From positions 1 through 64,000 of the forward strand of contig MU008152.1 of the NCBI GenBank assembly GCA_010909165.1: a stretch of DNA of 64,000 nt. The letters are read 5' to 3'. The stretch's first letter is position 1, and the number at the start of each line of letters is the position of its first letter. Made by a program: the position numbers and the translations under genes. Source of the stretch: Anthoceros angustus. Lineage: Eukaryota > Plantae > Anthocerotophyta. The notes beneath the pieces were generated by a model. The model was not told where the DNA came from. It saw only the letters and a list, made by a program, of their open reading frames with translations, and searched no databases. Positions 37,164 through 47,229 of the stretch are shown piece by piece.

Positions 37164-38527
37164 TAGTACTGAATCAACAAGCTGCTGGACTAGGGGATAT
37201 CAAGACGCAATTCAGTTGTCCCGTGGCCAGTCACCAAGTTCCAGATAGCGAATCCTCAGCTACTGCACGGGCAGTGAAACTTAGGTGCAACGTGGTCTTG
37301 CCCTGATCTCAATGCCCCAACCCCGTGGTTGCGGCTGCTCTCCTTGCCGGCATTGGCACTCACAATTAGGTCTGATTTCTGGAGAATTAGCAGATCGTGC
37401 AGCTCTGCGAGCACTCAGTTCTCGCTGGCACACCGCTTTCGATAAACCTCAGCTTTGCAGCATGACCCCTCCAATTCCAGGACCAGCGCCACTACCCAAC
37501 TCTGACCTCTCGCAGCAATTCAGACTCCAGCCTTGCCCCGATGCCTTGAAACAAAATGCTGCAACCAAGGCCGGTAGCGAACCAACAAGATAACACCCGT
37601 CCTGCCAGGGTGCAGCGTAATGTAGCAGGAATCTGCGGTTCCCTGAGGCTCCCATCCAGATAACCCCTGTCTGAATCCCGAACCCAACGGCGGGCTCACC
37701 CTGAGAGGCTCGGCCAGCGCCACCAAGGCTCGGGTAGGCGGGGGCCTCTGCTTCGGATTGCAGGCCTACACTTGTGACCTTTCTGCACGGCCGCGTGTAC
37801 CAGCAGGCCGACGGGCCTACGCACACCTGGTACACCGCATTGCGTTACTGTACAAACGTACCTCGTCCTAAACAAACCAGAATACCGCAGAAATCCGAAG
37901 CTGCGGATCTCGTGCGCCGTCTCTGGCACAGTAGCGTAAAGCAAACAGCCCGCATGCCAGCAACGACGGAACGCGGGCTGCGGCGGGCCAGCCTTGCTTA
38001 TCACAGGCTCAGGATGCCACGCGCTACAAAACTGAATCCACTCGTGGCGTGCTACAGGCCTGACGCGTCCTGGGCCCCTGTTGGCTGGCCCCTCCCGACT
38101 TGGGCTGCTTAGATGTCGGTGTTGGAGACCGACAAATAAGCTCTCCTGATAGTCCACGCTGAAATAACGCTGCCCTGCTGCCGACGCTCCTGTAGCCAGC
38201 TCTCGGGATTGGATTCCGAGCGCTTCGAGGCTTTGCGTGTTGCAGGGGAGAGGAGCCTGTTATATACATCGACCTACAGGGCATGCTTGTCTGTCCACGT
38301 GGATTGCCCCTTCGTCTTTAGCTTTAAAGGCCGGGCTACTGGGCGGAAGAGGTCCACCTTGGGATGCAGCTGGGCACTCTTGAGCTCCTGCCAGGTCCTG
38401 TGTTGGTATCCGCCTGGAGAGTGCAGTAGTGTTGAGTTGCTCGTTCTCCGCCTCAGCCGGTGTTCACTGTGTTCTGTGTTCTGTGCCCTGTGGTCTGCAT
38501 TCCCTCTTGCTGCTGCCCAGGACCACC

Positions 38528-40701
38528 ATGCAGTGGCTGAAAGGCAAGGCCTTTGCGGAGGGCAACTCGCAGGCTCCTTTCATAGTGGGCTCGGACCGAT
38601 GGATGGGGAGGAACCCCAGTAATCCTGTTGAGAGCCAGGATGTGCCGCCTGTCCAAGGGCAGGCCTCTGGGGAACATGCTGCTGGGCAAGGAAATGCTGC
38701 TGAGACAGGAGAGAGGGGACATTCCAGCCTGTATCCAGAGGTGGGCAAGTATGCGTCGGGGAGTGAAGTTAGAGGGGATGGTTCTGAGGACGGGAGGTCT
38801 GGGTCTGGTTTGCCTCCGGCGAGCAGTGCAGGGAAGGGGTACTATCCAGTGATCTATACCGGGTTGCCGGACACCCGGTCTGTGGAGGAGGCTGTGGGCT
38901 CTGTGACTGTGGAGGATGCTAATCCCGTGAAGCTGGTGGAGGAGAAGCAACAGGTTGAAGCGCATGAGGAGGTTTTGGTGAAGATACCTGGAGCCATGGT
39001 GCATCTGATTGACGAGGAGGACAGTCTGCATCTTGGTACCGGGGATTTGCAGCTGGTAAGACTGACGCAGGAAGGGAATGGCATAGCCGTGTTTGTGAGC
39101 GTCGGGGATGAGCTGCAATGGCCCTTGTTCAAGGACGAGGCGGCTGTGAAGCTCGACCCGACCCATTATTTCTTCTCCATGAAGGTCCCATCCAAGTTAC
39201 TTGATGACGACGAGGATTTGCAGCGGCAGCCTTCTGAAGCATCCTCCCAGGGGGGTATGAGAGGGTTGAGAAGGGAGGGATCTGGTGATGTGCAGAGTCT
39301 CTTGGCCAGTGGATCTGCAGATTTGTCTCACCCCCGCCATCAGAGGAAAACGTCAGATCAGGAACTAGAAACTCTGAACTATGGAGTCACGTTCTCTCAA
39401 CCAGGCGTGGAGGCTGAGTTGAAGGAGCTCGACGCTCACCTGGCACGTTACAGTTTGTTCTCCGCGCCCACTGTTGTTGAAAAGGATCCGGCAAGAGATC
39501 CATCGAAAGCACCGAGAGCCCCTCCTCCTCATAGCAGACCGGATGGATCACAGGGCACACCCTACACTGAAGGGAAGCCCTACTTGCCACCACCTGCAGC
39601 GGTGGTCCAGAAGGATTCATACTATGCTGGTGCGGACCCCGGAAGTGCACAGGGTAGGTCACCTCGTCCAACCAAGCCCCCCGTTCCAGCTAAGATTGTG
39701 ACAGTGGAGGAGCTCAATGGCCATGGGCAGCCAGTCACGGAGCCCAACTCTGCAGCTTTCTGGACTACACTTGCCCCGAATGTGGCGGAGTACAGCAGCA
39801 GTCCTGCAAGGGCCATAGCTCAGGGATCAGGGCACATAATCAAAGGACTCTTCTGGGTCAGTCAGACAACTGTCTCGCATTTGGAGAAGGGAGGTGCATA
39901 CATGAGGGAGCAAGGCTGGGTTAAGCCTAGAACAAAGGGGCCTGTGGAGATGAGTCCTAGGACACTCAAAAACATGAAAAGGTTAGTCCGGCTCACCAGT
40001 CTCCTATCAGGTGACGACATTGGCAGATGTTTCAATGTTTCCACTCACGTTTCTGTGTTGGCAGGGTTAGGAAAATGTCGAAGATGACTTCCAAGGTCGC
40101 CAAAAGTGTCTTGACTGGAGTGGTTATGACCACTGGTGTCTTCACTGGAGCAGTCGTGAACTCCAAGGCAGGGAGCAAGTTTTTCAAGCTCTTACCAGGA
40201 GAAGTTGCTTTGGTGTCGTTGGATGCCTTCGGTAAGCCAGATGAATCTGTGGTCTCAGCTCCATGCGTGTTTTTCTGGTGAACCAGTTCTATGCATTTTT
40301 GTTGCGTCTAGGCGATCCATTCTGAGAGAAGCTACTGTTCGCAGGTAAAGTATTCGACGCCGTGGAGCATGCTGGAAGAGCAATTTTCAAGACCTCCTCG
40401 TCAGTCACAACTGATCTTGTGTCTCATAGGTAGGGATGTCATCGGTTTGAGACTTCGTGTCGTGATGCTGCAAACAAGTAGAAACTTACGGATTCTCCCT
40501 GTGGATAGGTACGGGCCACAAGCTGCGGAGTTTGCAGAAGACGGTATGAAGGCTACGGGACACTTTATCACAACAGCATGGACAGTTTCTAAGCTGCGAA
40601 AAGCATTCAATCCTAAATCTATGACCAAAACTGGCCTTGCCAAATCGGTGCTCAAAGCAGCCGTCGGAGCTCAACAAACTGCAGGAGCCACTGGACAATG
40701 A
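38528..40701 (+). CDS. ERD7: Senescence/dehydration-associated (spartin-domain) protein, ERD7-like; 4 exons
   Basis: EEVLVKIPGAMVHLID, QWPLFKDEAAVKLD..HYFFS, LNYGVTF, AAFWTTLAPNVAEYS..ARAIAQGSGHIIKGLFW, KFFKLLPGEVALVSLDAFGKVFDAVE, RYG..A. Introns at ~39982-40066, ~40232-40344 and ~40430-40508. Confidence 0.92.
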
Positions 40702-40796
40702 GTCTGTTGCAATCAATATCTCTGTCTGTACGATAAGACAGTTGTGTAAATCACAAGAGTGTCCACAAGAGTGACCTGTACTCCCGTCTTGCTTTC

Positions 40797-42353
40797 TCAG
40801 CTCGGAACCACCGGCATGATCATAATGCCCTCGTCGGTAACATCACTGGCTTTAGTGAGGACACCAGTTGTGAGGACACCAGTTTCACAAGACCGGCGAG
40901 CCTTGGAGAACGTAGCTTCGAGGGAATCCAAACTCGGATGGAAGGGATGAACAACAGACGTGTAGCGCTGGCATTCAGCTTCTTCCGAGTAATCCACATC
41001 ATAGGGACATGCGGGAAAGCTGTGAAGCGATTTGCTGATAACACTGTAAAGCAGGAGTATAGGGGTGCCCCGTACAAAGAGCCCAATGTTGTCCCACTGG
41101 CCTGCGAAGACGAAACCTCGATGGCGATTATGCGGCAACAGTTTGAGGAGCACTTCTGATTCAATTTTGTCAGTACCGTGCCATGTCTCCCCATCAAGCT
41201 CCCAAACGCAGACACACATTCCGCTCTCCCCGCTGTCGTTGTGTACTTCTCCAACGAGGCAAAGCTTTCCCTGAAGTTCGATGAGATTGCAAGAGATACA
41301 TGGATTTGACCAGTCAACCGAGTGTCGCGTGACAAAGCTGCATCCAGGGATAGGAATTACCGAAAAAGAGTCCTCTTCGTCTCCGTAGCATACGACTGTG
41401 AGGCCATACAGCCTAGACTCGGCCAACCAGTATCTCCGACCATTGCATGCAATGATGTTCCCCATGATCCGAGAAAATGCGACTGGCACGATGTGATTCG
41501 ATGTCTCCCAAACGTCATTGCCAGACTCATAGGCGCAAATTGTCATCTGCAAATAGCTCGTTCCTACCTCTTCAGATCCGTCGTCATAAACCTTCTGATC
41601 CGGAAAACCGTGAGCAGCGCTGTCCGGCAGATCCTGATGCCTGATGAGAAGCACTCTGTATGAGCTCTGTGATTCCTGATAGCTCATAGATACGAAATGG
41701 TATTCACTTCCAAGAGGAGGATCAGGGACCGCTTCCCATGTCTTCCTGACCGGATTGACCACTACAACTGGCGGCATATCAGGTGAATGCAGAAGGCAAC
41801 AGAGCAGACCTCCAGCGCACGCAGCACTGATGACTCTAAGCACACGGGAGAAGAAATCTGGCACGAACTTGTGCCAATATTTGTCAAGAGAACCGACCTC
41901 CTTCTGCACAGTACTTCCGCAATGTGCCTCACTCTCCACCGCCAGCTTCAGAAACCATGACACACTCCCGGAAGTTATCTTGTCAGCTATCCACTTCGAA
42001 GACGCGGACTCAGCCTGCACAGAGCTCACAAATGACGGTTTTGTTCCTTCTGCAGGATTCATTTCCCCCGTTGTCCGTTCTTCGCTTTTCTGAATCACCG
42101 GCTCGCTCTCAGGGATTGAAACTGATGTATCCGGTTCCAAACTAGCTGTTGTGACGTCCACCAGCAGGAGCACCGGTACCAGGTTGTCCCGAGGCAGAAC
42201 CAAGGGTGTGCACGGAGGAAGATCCTGGTAGCATTCGAGATCAGACATGGAGCGGTAGGCGGATTCACTTCCCTCTTCTGATTCAAAATCGCCGCCATCA
42301 CTCTCCAGCTCAGCCTCGTCCAACGCTCTGCGCAGGAATCCCATGGTTTCCAT
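40797..42353 (-). CDS. F-box/kelch(FBA)-family protein lacking a recognisable F-box motif
   Basis: C-terminal propeller motifs (SAACAGGLLCC, VVNPVRKTWEAVPDPP, CNGRRYWL, CNLIELQGKLCLV, PF.PSLD) are shared with the neighbouring F-box genes. The LP.DL.E.VL..LP block is absent. Intact single-exon ORF. Confidence 0.8.
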   Translation of the reverse strand: METMGFLRRALDEAELESDGGDFESEEGSESAYRSMSDLECYQDLPPCTPLVLPRDNLVPVLLLVDVTTASLEPDTSVSIPESEPVIQKSEERTTGEMNPAEGTKPSFVSSVQAESASSKWIADKITSGSVSWFLKLAVESEAHCGSTVQKEVGSLDKYWHKFVPDFFSRVLRVISAACAGGLLCCLLHSPDMPPVVVVNPVRKTWEAVPDPPLGSEYHFVSMSYQESQSSYRVLLIRHQDLPDSAAHGFPDQKVYDDGSEEVGTSYLQMTICAYESGNDVWETSNHIVPVAFSRIMGNIIACNGRRYWLAESRLYGLTVVCYGDEEDSFSVIPIPGCSFVTRHSVDWSNPCISCNLIELQGKLCLVGEVHNDSGESGMCVCVWELDGETWHGTDKIESEVLLKLLPHNRHRGFVFAGQWDNIGLFVRGTPILLLYSVISKSLHSFPACPYDVDYSEEAECQRYTSVVHPFHPSLDSLEATFSKARRSCETGVLTTGVLTKASDVTDEGIMIMPVVPS

Positions 42354-42683
42354 CGCTCGGAGGGTGTCGCTCGGAGACGTAAAATTTGTAAGGCGAGAGG
42401 CTTCAAGCACGGGCGTGAAACGCGTCGAGCGTAAGGTCCGGTTGTTGCTGCAGGTTGTTACAGCCCGGTTGTACTTCAAGCTATGTATGTATACAATTCA
42501 TGAATTGGATTGGTTGCACGGCGTTTCAGAGTTCCGGCAGTGAATGTCGTTCAAGCGTTGAGATATTAAACAGCTAATAAGGAACAAGCGACCCCGCGAG
42601 TTTCACAATTTGTTATTAACCTCAGCCGGAGTAAATGTGACTGTACCTAGTCCACTTAACTACCCAACATATGCGAAAGCCGC

Positions 42684-44045
42684 CTAGTTAATATTCACAG
42701 CGTGAAAGAAGGAGTCCTCTATTGCATCCAGTCTAGGCTCGAAGGGCAGAACCACCGAGCAGCACAACAAGGCTTCCGACCTACTAGTCTGGTCGACATA
42801 GAAGGGGCAATCCGGCAGCCTTCGGAAGCATTTCCGAGAGAAGTCGTAAGCCAGAGATGCTGAGCAGCCATGCACAGTGAGCCACATAACATCATCCCGA
42901 GCCACAAAGGTGAAGATGCCCTGAAGGGGGCTCCTGTCGAGCAGCCTGATGTAGGTCTCTGCTGGGACACGGCCAATCTCCTGCCACAGCATCTGCTTCT
43001 GAAGATACTCCCAGATGCGAATGTTGACCTCGTAGGCGCCATCCTCACTGACTTCTTCTCCCGCCAGCAGAAGCCGCCCTTGCTGCTCCAGCAGGTTGCA
43101 GGACAGGGAAACCATGCAGTGAAGGCCCTCAAACCGATCATGTATCCAAGGAAGCATGCAGGTCCTGTCAGCCATAGAACATGGTGGCAGCTGGACCTTT
43201 GTCCAGACATCCTGATAAACGTTGTACGACAGCACACTGGTGCACAGCGGGAGCCTGTCAACAGTGAGCCAGTAGAGCCGGCCGTTGCAGAAAGTGGCAT
43301 CCCCTTCGATTTCAAAGCCCTTGTACACCGGAAGGATGTGAACTGACGTGCTCCATGACCTACTTCCAGAGTCGAAGATGTTCACCATGAAGTGCAAAAA
43401 GGTTTCGAACTCATCTTCCTGGCTGTAGCCATTGTCGTCTCCATCGCCTTCGTAGTAGTCACTGAGGATGACCTTGTAAGACTTGGAATCCAGATTGTGC
43501 ACCATAGCCACTTTTTGAAACCTTCTGTTAGGAGGATCCGGCAGAGTCCGCCATGACCTTGTCAAGGGATTAACTATAACAACAGAGCGGGCGTACTCCA
43601 GAGTAGACGCAATAGCACAGCACAGCAAACCCCCCGCGGAAGCAACGGAATGGATGTTCCACCTCGGAAGAAAATCCAGCGACACCTTGTGCCATTTGCT
43701 CAGGCAAGGATCATGGCCTGCAGCAACTCCTCCCACGCCGGTATCCACCGCAAGCCGCAGGAACCAGGGCACCCGGGACGAAATCTCGGCGTTCTGCTCT
43801 AAGAACTTCCTCGCAGACAGCAGAATGTGCCACTTCTTGCAGACCGTACGGAACCTGCAAACACTCGGCGGCGGCAGCTGAACCAGCACTCTTTCCACCA
43901 GATCTGCCGGAAGACCGGCCCAAACCTCGGGCTCCATCTCTACTCCCTCTTGCGACTGCTCCGTGGAGCAATCCAACATGAGCATCACAACCTGCCATAG
44001 TCTCCGAGCCGCGGCAGATCCAGATCCTTCCCCCCTCCAGGCCAT
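42684..44045 (-). CDS. F-box/kelch-repeat (FBA-type) protein
   Basis: WAGLPADLVERVLVQLPPPSVCRFRTVCKKW (F-box), SVASAGGLLCC, IVNPLTRSWRTLP, FCNGRLYWL, PFEPRLD. Confidence 0.92.
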   Translation of the reverse strand: MAWRGEGSGSAAARRLWQVVMLMLDCSTEQSQEGVEMEPEVWAGLPADLVERVLVQLPPPSVCRFRTVCKKWHILLSARKFLEQNAEISSRVPWFLRLAVDTGVGGVAAGHDPCLSKWHKVSLDFLPRWNIHSVASAGGLLCCAIASTLEYARSVVIVNPLTRSWRTLPDPPNRRFQKVAMVHNLDSKSYKVILSDYYEGDGDDNGYSQEDEFETFLHFMVNIFDSGSRSWSTSVHILPVYKGFEIEGDATFCNGRLYWLTVDRLPLCTSVLSYNVYQDVWTKVQLPPCSMADRTCMLPWIHDRFEGLHCMVSLSCNLLEQQGRLLLAGEEVSEDGAYEVNIRIWEYLQKQMLWQEIGRVPAETYIRLLDRSPLQGIFTFVARDDVMWLTVHGCSASLAYDFSRKCFRRLPDCPFYVDQTSRSEALLCCSVVLPFEPRLDAIEDSFFHAVNIN

Positions 44046-44978
44046 GGCACAGGTTCCCGCTTCCGTGCAGCTCGTCACAAATACACACGGTTCCCGCTCC
44101 ACTTCAATAACCTACGAAGCACAGGGCGTCCTCCTCCTCCTCGTCCCACAAAGGCTCCTTCGGTTCTGGCAGAAAACGATGGTGACAGCAGACATGGTGG
44201 AGCATCCATAACCTCCTCCGACTACTATCTGATTGCACAGATACACAACAAGGTTAGGCTGTCTGCAGAAATGTCCTTTCAAAATCCTACTGACACAGCA
44301 TCCTATTGCACACGATGCGATTGCACACCATCGTATGCAGTTCGGGAAGGACAAGACCGTACGAAATAGGAAGCATTAAACCCTTTATCAAGCAATGAGC
44401 ATTGATTCTTTCATTGCGCAAGAATTACAGACGTGTTGGATGAAGGCAAGGACTCACCCAGTACGAGGCCAGGAATTCAATCAACATTTCTCAGTTCATT
44501 CCATTTCTCCATGTTTTTCTACATTGCCTCCTGCGTGTGCAGCCTCGGGTGAGTCTGTTCCTTGTGACCCCACCTTTTAACCAATCAACTGTTTCGCAAC
44601 AACAGTGTGGGAATCCAGGTGTCAGATGGCTGGGCCAAAGCTCAGCTTCTTTCATTCAGATCACCACTAGTCATGCCACTTGACCCACTGCCAGATAACG
44701 CTCCCTGCGATGCAAGGATGCCTTCATGTCATTTGACATCCGTTTGCCCTGGCTAGTTTAGTGCACCCACCATCATTCTCCATGACCAGTCGGCTACATC
44801 CTTCTGCGGCATGTTTGAGAGCAGCCTTGAGGCCTTTGAAGGCGACCTGTCAAAGGGGTAGCATTAGAGAGGATACAACAGGACAGTGCCAGCCCGGGCA
44901 ATGTTCGTTGCAATCTCTCTCGTTCCAGGCTGTGAGCAGATACTGAACCCCGCCAGAGGCTCTTTCCAGCACCCCGGG

Positions 44979-46853
44979 CTACTGCAGGAAGCTAAGCAAA
45001 TGCTTTCGTCTGTCGCTCAGAACTGCAAGGAAAGTTGGTCCAAGGCTTTTCGACAGCTCTTGCAAGCCATCCTCATCTCCTTCTCTCTGACACCGCTTCA
45101 CCATCTTTTGTAGGAGTTCCTTCGAGGGTTTGTAGCCCGCAGATACCATCTTCTCCAATGCGTCGAAAGCTGCTCTAACATCCCGATTCACAACCTGAGC
45201 CTCAATGAGAAGAGAGTGCGTTCGGTAGTCTGGATTCACCCCGATCTGTGCCATGTACCCGTAGATCTGCAACACTTGAGCGGTTTTCCTGCTCTTGCCA
45301 AAGGCATGCAGCAACGCATTGCAAGAATGCACATTGGGTCTCAAATCAAAGACCGACCCGATGGCATCAAACGTCTGGTAAGCACGGTCTACATCCCAGA
45401 TCTTGGCACTGGCAAGAATGACACAATTGATGGCCGCTGCAGACACCGGCTCTCCAGCTTTCAACCTATCCTCCAGCTTGAAGTAAGCAGCATCGACGGC
45501 GGCTGCTCCTCCCTTGGAACAAGCCCTGACAAGCGGCATCAAAGATCCAAACGGCGATAGAACTTCCGGGTCGAAGTCAGGCTGTGACTCTCCATGGGCC
45601 ACCTCCAACTCATGCAGGGCTGTGAAAGCAGAGCTCAAATCCCCTGCAGCTGAGAATGCATGCAGGCGAGCCAGAAAGGCAGGAACACTAGGAGCGCTGG
45701 ATTCTCCCAGAGACTGCTTCAAGAGATCCCAAGCCTGGTCTGCCAGACCCTTGTTGGCAGTCCGAGCAGCCGTGCTAAGCACAGCGATCATCCCACCTTC
45801 ATCCATGAGCAGATGATCCATGAACTTCCCTGTCAACCGATCATTCATAAACTGGAGAGCCAGCGAAGCGCATTGTGCATCATCCACCTCCGCGGCTACG
45901 GCAAGCAGCTCCGCTAGAGTCGCCAAGATGGGAGTCGCAGACTGACTCTTGAGCTCCTTCATCACAGACACAGCGACGCCGGTCCGCCTCAACCTGCCTG
46001 CCGCAATGAGCACCTCGTTGTAGGTGATCTTGCTGGGCACGAACCCCCTCTCCAGCATCACCTGCATGTGTTTCAGAGCTGCATCCAGACGGCGATGCAG
46101 TGCACACAAAGCTACCACAAAATTGTAAGAATCTCCGTCGGGCTGAGATTCCGCGCCCCCCTTCTCCATCCTCTCCACAATCTGCTCTGCCAGCTCCGAG
46201 TTCCTGGCTCGGAAAACAGACCGCATCACAAAGCTGTATGACAGCAGATTCGGCGTCAGCCCCTCCTTCTCCATATCATCCACAACACGGACCAAGTCCT
46301 CGGGTGCAGCATTGGCCCGCAGCTTGGCATGTAGCAGCAGATTGTAGGCTACAACATTGGGCTTGTTCGGCTGGCCTGCGCTGTCAGTCCCTTTCTTCCA
46401 CTCCTCAAACATCTTCATAGCCTCCTCCGCCTTCCCCTGCGACAGGCTGCTGGACATCTCCCTGGCCAACTTGGCAAGATCGAAAATGGCAACCGGGAGA
46501 TGCGGTTCCTGGGATTGTGAGGCCGGCCCAGAGCTGCCCTCCTGCAAAATGGGTGCTGCATCTTCCAGACTGTTCAGAGACGGGGACTCATTGTCGTCCG
46601 TGGGCTCAGGATACGGGGCAGCAGTTTCCTGCTGAAGGTCCAGCTGCGGGAGCTGCCATACAGGTGCCCTGGTGCTGATTTTCCTGCCCTCTGCTGCATT
46701 GCCCAATCTGGCTGGAACTTCTGCCGCCTCGGCTCCCTCGGGCCTCAGAAACCACGCTGCAAGCGGGGCTTGCTGGGTGGAGGAGCCCCCGCTGTGGGAC
46801 AAGGAGGTGAGACAGCGGGCCAGCACCCGCTGCGCACCTCGCAAGCTTGCCAT
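44979..46853 (-). CDS. P-type pentatricopeptide repeat protein, At1g26460-like, probably mitochondrial
   Basis: KPNVVAYNLLLHAKL, DEGG..AVLSTAART, LSPFGSLMPLVRACSK, SAAAINCVILASAKIWDVDRAYQTFDAI..VF.L.PNVHSCNALL.AFGK match the conserved At1g26460 family. Arg/Ser-rich N-terminus. Confidence 0.9.
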   Translation of the reverse strand: MASLRGAQRVLARCLTSLSHSGGSSTQQAPLAAWFLRPEGAEAAEVPARLGNAAEGRKISTRAPVWQLPQLDLQQETAAPYPEPTDDNESPSLNSLEDAAPILQEGSSGPASQSQEPHLPVAIFDLAKLAREMSSSLSQGKAEEAMKMFEEWKKGTDSAGQPNKPNVVAYNLLLHAKLRANAAPEDLVRVVDDMEKEGLTPNLLSYSFVMRSVFRARNSELAEQIVERMEKGGAESQPDGDSYNFVVALCALHRRLDAALKHMQVMLERGFVPSKITYNEVLIAAGRLRRTGVAVSVMKELKSQSATPILATLAELLAVAAEVDDAQCASLALQFMNDRLTGKFMDHLLMDEGGMIAVLSTAARTANKGLADQAWDLLKQSLGESSAPSVPAFLARLHAFSAAGDLSSAFTALHELEVAHGESQPDFDPEVLSPFGSLMPLVRACSKGGAAAVDAAYFKLEDRLKAGEPVSAAAINCVILASAKIWDVDRAYQTFDAIGSVFDLRPNVHSCNALLHAFGKSRKTAQVLQIYGYMAQIGVNPDYRTHSLLIEAQVVNRDVRAAFDALEKMVSAGYKPSKELLQKMVKRCQREGDEDGLQELSKSLGPTFLAVLSDRRKHLLSFLQ

Positions 46854-47229
46854 CACCGCATCCAAGCTGCAGCCCAACGACCCACGCACGGACAAGTCCG
46901 TGCCGATGCAGCATGCGAATAGGTTTAGGGCAGTTGCCTTATACGTCTGAATGTGAAGAAAGGAAGGAGACGAGTGGTAGATGGGTTGCCCTCTTATACG
47001 CAGGCAATCAAGGAGCTGGTATGGGTAGGTATGTATCTTATTTTGGAGTGACAGGAAATGCGGGTCTTCGCAAGAACTGCGAATTATGCATTCATGGGGA
47101 CAGCAATCTGCACATATTGGTTACTACTGCAGTCACGGGAATCCTCATGTCTTTCTCGGCCGATGAACTGTGAATGGGTGCTGCAGAGAAAGGTCCTTCT
47201 CCTTGTGTGGACTGTGTTGCAAAGTCCGG

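Noticed and set aside
38453-39166. 237-aa minus-strand ORF
   Set aside because: Antisense to the ERD7-like coding exon.
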